Source: Thermoanaerobaculia bacterium (GTDB lineage Bacteria > Acidobacteriota > Thermoanaerobaculia > UBA5066). From it: a stretch of DNA of 64,000 nucleotides. Shown here in pieces: positions 61,201-64,000 of the stretch (the first letter of the stretch is position 1; the number at the start of each line of letters is the position of its first letter). The stretch is from NCBI GenBank assembly GCA_963816185.1, contig CAWFJJ010000024.1, positions 64,001 to 128,000 on the forward strand, in the 5' to 3' direction. The notes beneath the pieces were generated by a model. It worked only from the letters and a program-made list of their open reading frames with translations, made no database searches and was not told the DNA's origin. Both the position numbers and the translations under genes were made by a program.

Positions 61201-61963
61201 CCAGCTCGCGGCGCGCCGCGTCGAAACCGCCCGTATCGCGCGACGTCAGCGCGCGCGTCACGACGCTCTCCTCGCCGCCCGTCAGGACGTGCAGCCCTTC
61301 CGCGTGCGCGGCGACCTCCTCCCACGTCGCGGCCGCCTGCCCCTTCGGCTTCCCTGCGGCGGCGGCGGTGAGAAGCGAGCAGAGGTTCCGGTAGCCCTTC
61401 TGGTTCTCGGCGAGCAGCGTCAGACGGGGATAAGAAATTCCTGCTGGGAGGGGAGGGGGAACGATTCCGAGAGGACCGGGAAGATTTTCTTCGAATGAGT
61501 GTGTGGGCGATTCGCCGCTTCTGCCCTCTTCCTCTTTACCTTTCAAAGAAATCTTGTTGCTCCATCCCCCGACGAGAGCCGGATGCGGAGCAAGAACGAC
61601 CTCCGCCCCGACGAGCGCTTTCACCCCCGCCGCCTTCGCTGCCTTCCAGAAGCGCGGGGCGCCGGAGAGGCCGTTCGTGTCCACGAGCGCCATCGCGGGA
61701 AGGCCGAGCGCCGCCGCACGCGCGACGAGGTCTTCCGGCAGAGACGACCCGTTCAGGAACGAGAACGCCGAGGCGACGCGCAGCTCGGCATACGGCCTCG
61801 CGCGCTTTGCGGGAGCGGGCGGCCGCGCGAACGCCCGCACGCGCGCTTTCTCCTTGCGTGCGCCGGGAGACGTGTACGCGCCGGGCTGCCCGGGTTTGAC
61901 GATCGGCCCGAGCATGTCGCGTCCCGGCGGCCCGCCGTGCTTCCCGCTGCCGCGCCCGTCCAT
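58236..61963 (-). CDS. dnaE2: Error-prone DNA polymerase DnaE2, split by two frameshifts (near 60870 and 59835), with two in-frame insertions
   Basis: YAEL..S.FSFL.G, QGRGSAANS.VCY, FERF, PDIDLD, PRHLGQHSGG, QVESRAQM, YGFPESH, PMGFY, RQRPGTAKG, terminal SHDFR. Confidence 0.88.
58965..59083. repeat. Structured palindromic element, copy 2 (inside dnaE2)
   Basis: Hairpin cgtcggccgc/gcggccgacg and TCAAGGG...CCCTTGA stem with the same spacing as copy 1. Confidence 0.85.
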
Positions 61964-61973
61964 GGGACGTGGA

Positions 61974-62002
61974 ATGTTAGACGTAAGTTAGACGTAAGTC
62001 AA
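61974..62002 (-). promoter_or_regulatory. Sigma70-type promoter of dnaE2 overlapped by an 11-bp tandem repeat
   Basis: TTGACT (62002-61997), 17 nt, TAACAT (61979-61974); gttagacgtaa twice at 61976-61997. Confidence 0.75.
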
Positions 62003-62032
62003 GAGCCAAAAGTCATCCTTCCGGGGCTCGCG

Positions 62033-62557
62033 TCAAGCGCCGACGCCGTACTTTTCCCGGAGGACGGCTAGGTGATGGCGGACGTGGCCGACGAGGATGT
62101 AAGCGAGCGCGCGCGGCGTGACGGGGAGCGCGTTCGCCAAGCCCACACGCACCCAGCCCGCGTCGTCGACGTGTCGCAGCATCAGGACGTGGCTCGCGCG
62201 GAGGCTCGTGAACTCTGCCGCGAGCGACGCGAGCGTGCGGAGGTCGGACCCAGCGTTTGCGGCGTAGTCGTTCTCCTCGAAGGGAGGCAGCGAGGCCTTG
62301 TCGCCGCGCGCGACGCAAAGCGCGCGATAGCCGAAGACACGTTCGGCGTCGAGCATGTGGCCGACGACGCCTCGGATCGTCCACTTGCCAGGCGCGTATC
62401 GGTACTCTTCACGTTCCGACGGGACGGACGCGAGGGCGGCGGTCAGCTCGGCCGGCTGGCTCTCGAGCGCAGCGAGGATGTCCGTCTCCGGGACGCGCGA
62501 AACGTAGCGCTCGAAAGCGACGTCGTATTCGTCAGGGCGCGGCCGGGAGCTCTTCAT
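62033..62557 (-). CDS. DinB/YfiT family (DUF664-like) protein
   Basis: YRYAPGKWTI..VVGH..DAER.F.YRAL, ILVGHVRHH; ATGA overlap with the upstream gene. Confidence 0.88.
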   Translation of the reverse strand: MKSSRPRPDEYDVAFERYVSRVPETDILAALESQPAELTAALASVPSEREEYRYAPGKWTIRGVVGHMLDAERVFGYRALCVARGDKASLPPFEENDYAANAGSDLRTLASLAAEFTSLRASHVLMLRHVDDAGWVRVGLANALPVTPRALAYILVGHVRHHLAVLREKYGVGA

Positions 62558-63252
62558 GGCGGCATTTTGCCCCGGAAGGGCCGGGCGCGTCGCCTCCTGT
62601 CCGGCCGCTTGGACCGCTCGGGCGCACGCTCGAGCGCGGTGAGCCTGGGGGCGAGGTCCGAGGCGGCCCAGAACCCGAGGCCGCACTCCAACAGGCCCGT
62701 CTTGCGAAACTTCCGGCGATACCACGACGCGCGGCGCATCTTGAAACCCACGAGGTCTCCCTCGATTCCCGTCTCGAGGTCGTCGTCGGCCGAGAGGAAG
62801 TCGAGGTACGCGACGCCGGCCACGAGCTCCGGCAGCACCTCGAGGCCTGCCACGACCTCGGAGGCTCGCACGTAGTGGAGCGTGTCCGAGCACACGACGA
62901 GGTCGAACGGGTCGTCGAAGCGCAGCTCCGAGAGCTGGCCCCAGGAGCCCCGACGCACGTTGCGCGAGCGGCCGAAGCGCCGCACGGCGTAGTCGCTCGT
63001 GTCGAGGCCCAGATAGCGCACCCTCGGGCGTAGCGCGCGAAGGAGCGGGAACCACGCGCCCTCGCCGCAGCCCACGTCGAGCACCGAGTTGATCCGCCGG
63101 CCCAGCACGTGCTCCGCGACGCCTACGGCCATCGCGACCTTCCGCGCCACGCCTTCACGGCGCACGAGGCGCTTCTTCGGGTCGCGATACCACTTCCGGA
63201 AGTACGCCTCGTCGTAGAGCTTTCCCGTCAGACGAGGCCTTCCTTCTTCCAC
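62554..63252 (-). CDS. Class I SAM-dependent methyltransferase
   Basis: VLDVGCGEG, GLDTS, FDLVVCSDTLHY. Confidence 0.85.
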   Translation of the reverse strand: MEEGRPRLTGKLYDEAYFRKWYRDPKKRLVRREGVARKVAMAVGVAEHVLGRRINSVLDVGCGEGAWFPLLRALRPRVRYLGLDTSDYAVRRFGRSRNVRRGSWGQLSELRFDDPFDLVVCSDTLHYVRASEVVAGLEVLPELVAGVAYLDFLSADDDLETGIEGDLVGFKMRRASWYRRKFRKTGLLECGLGFWAASDLAPRLTALERAPERSKRPDRRRRARPFRGKMPP

Positions 63253-63315
63253 CGTTCGTGGGCGAGGTCCGCCTTTTTCATTCGAGCCTCCGCCGGAATG
63301 CCGGTCGGTCCTGCG

Positions 63316-63642
63316 TCACGCCTTGACCATGACCAGGATCATCTTGAACGGTGTGATCGCTTTCAAGGCATGCGGCTCGTTCGCGGGGAGGCGAAGCAGA
63401 TCGCCGACCTTGACGCGGTGGGGGACCTTCGAGATCGAGACCTCGGCCTCGCCTTCGACCCCGAGGACGAGCGCGTCGAAGGGCGCGGAGTGCTCTGAGA
63501 GCGCCTCCCCCGTGTCGAACGCGAAGGCCGTCACCGTGCCGCCCGGCGCTTTGACGAGCGTGCGACTCACGACGGCGCCGGGTTGAAGCGCAACGAGCTC
63601 GGACTGGGGAACCGGAGTTGACGGAAGGGCCGGTGTTGGCAT
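63316..63642 (-). CDS. Cupin domain protein
   Basis: VVSRTL, FAFD.GE.LSEHSAPFDA, PANEPHAL.A..FKM; RBS AAGGAG. Confidence 0.9.
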   Translation of the reverse strand: MPTPALPSTPVPQSELVALQPGAVVSRTLVKAPGGTVTAFAFDTGEALSEHSAPFDALVLGVEGEAEVSISKVPHRVKVGDLLRLPANEPHALKAITPFKMILVMVKA

Positions 63643-63695
63643 GAACGCTCCTTGCGATCCAACGATAGCGCCCTCTGGGAGCGCACGGGGAACGC

Positions 63696-64000
63696 CTACG
63701 GCGACGACGAAAGCTCCAGCTTCCTCAGGCGCGGTCCGACGAGCGTCCCGATGCGCGCGCCGGTGTCGAACAGGACGAGCCCGAAGAGCACGAGAGCGAC
63801 CGTGAAGGCGAGGAGCGCCCAATGATGCCGGCTTTCGAAGCGCTCGAGCGACGGCGCGAAGGCGACGAGCGCGAGGCTGGCGGCGACGACGATGACGGCG
63901 TCCACGCTCGCGCGCTGCCAGTAGCTTCCGCCGAGGTGCAGCCACATGCCGAACTCGTCGAACGTCAAGCCCATCGCGATGCCGTATGCCCACGCGGCGA
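63696..64000 (-). CDS. Integral membrane protein (partial; 5' end outside the window)
   Basis: Open to the window edge: AYGIAMGLTFDEFGMWLHLGGSYWQRASVDAV plus TM segments. Confidence 0.7.
   Translation of the reverse strand, partial: AAWAYGIAMGLTFDEFGMWLHLGGSYWQRASVDAVIVVAASLALVAFAPSLERFESRHHWALLAFTVALVLFGLVLFDTGARIGTLVGPRLRKLELSSSP

Noticed and set aside
6099-61963. Programmed frameshifting or mass pseudogenisation (ligase, BNR protein, cytochrome b, tetraheme c, dnaE2)
   Set aside because: Scattered single-base shifts with intact catalytic motifs and no obvious slippery sites look like assembly indels; this cannot be settled without reads.

Overview
High-GC bacterial chromosome segment; gene content and domain style suggest Acidobacteriota, probably Thermoanaerobaculia (inference). 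No rRNA, tRNA, CRISPR array or transposase was recognised. Contents in order: a partial Ig-repeat surface protein; a 2-oxoacid:ferredoxin oxidoreductase plus ADP-forming acyl-CoA synthetase operon; kdsB-pyrG; ispB, yajQ, lolA-like, purH; a secreted pentein enzyme; a large outer-membrane protein; recA, pgpA, murB; manC; a MoxR/DUF58/transglutaminase triad; a respiratory cluster (monoheme c, Rieske, cytochrome b fused to a 9-heme cytochrome c, tetraheme c, NrfC/NrfD-like pair) followed by a fused NfnAB-rubrerythrin-like protein; polysaccharide glycosyltransferases; the yceD-rpmF-plsX-fab operon; two tandem M28 peptidases; dnaE2 and several small genes. Several genes carry frameshifts, most likely assembly indels. 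Two patterns are not explained by the genes. First, a dispersed AT-rich motif, AGAT(T)TTCnnnGAA, occurs about 20 times, mostly inside coding sequence and often as inverted pairs 45-95 bp apart. Second, a ~107-bp structured palindromic element occurs twice (kdsB 3' end and inside dnaE2), with a compensatory stem change, and is read in the same frame in both proteins.
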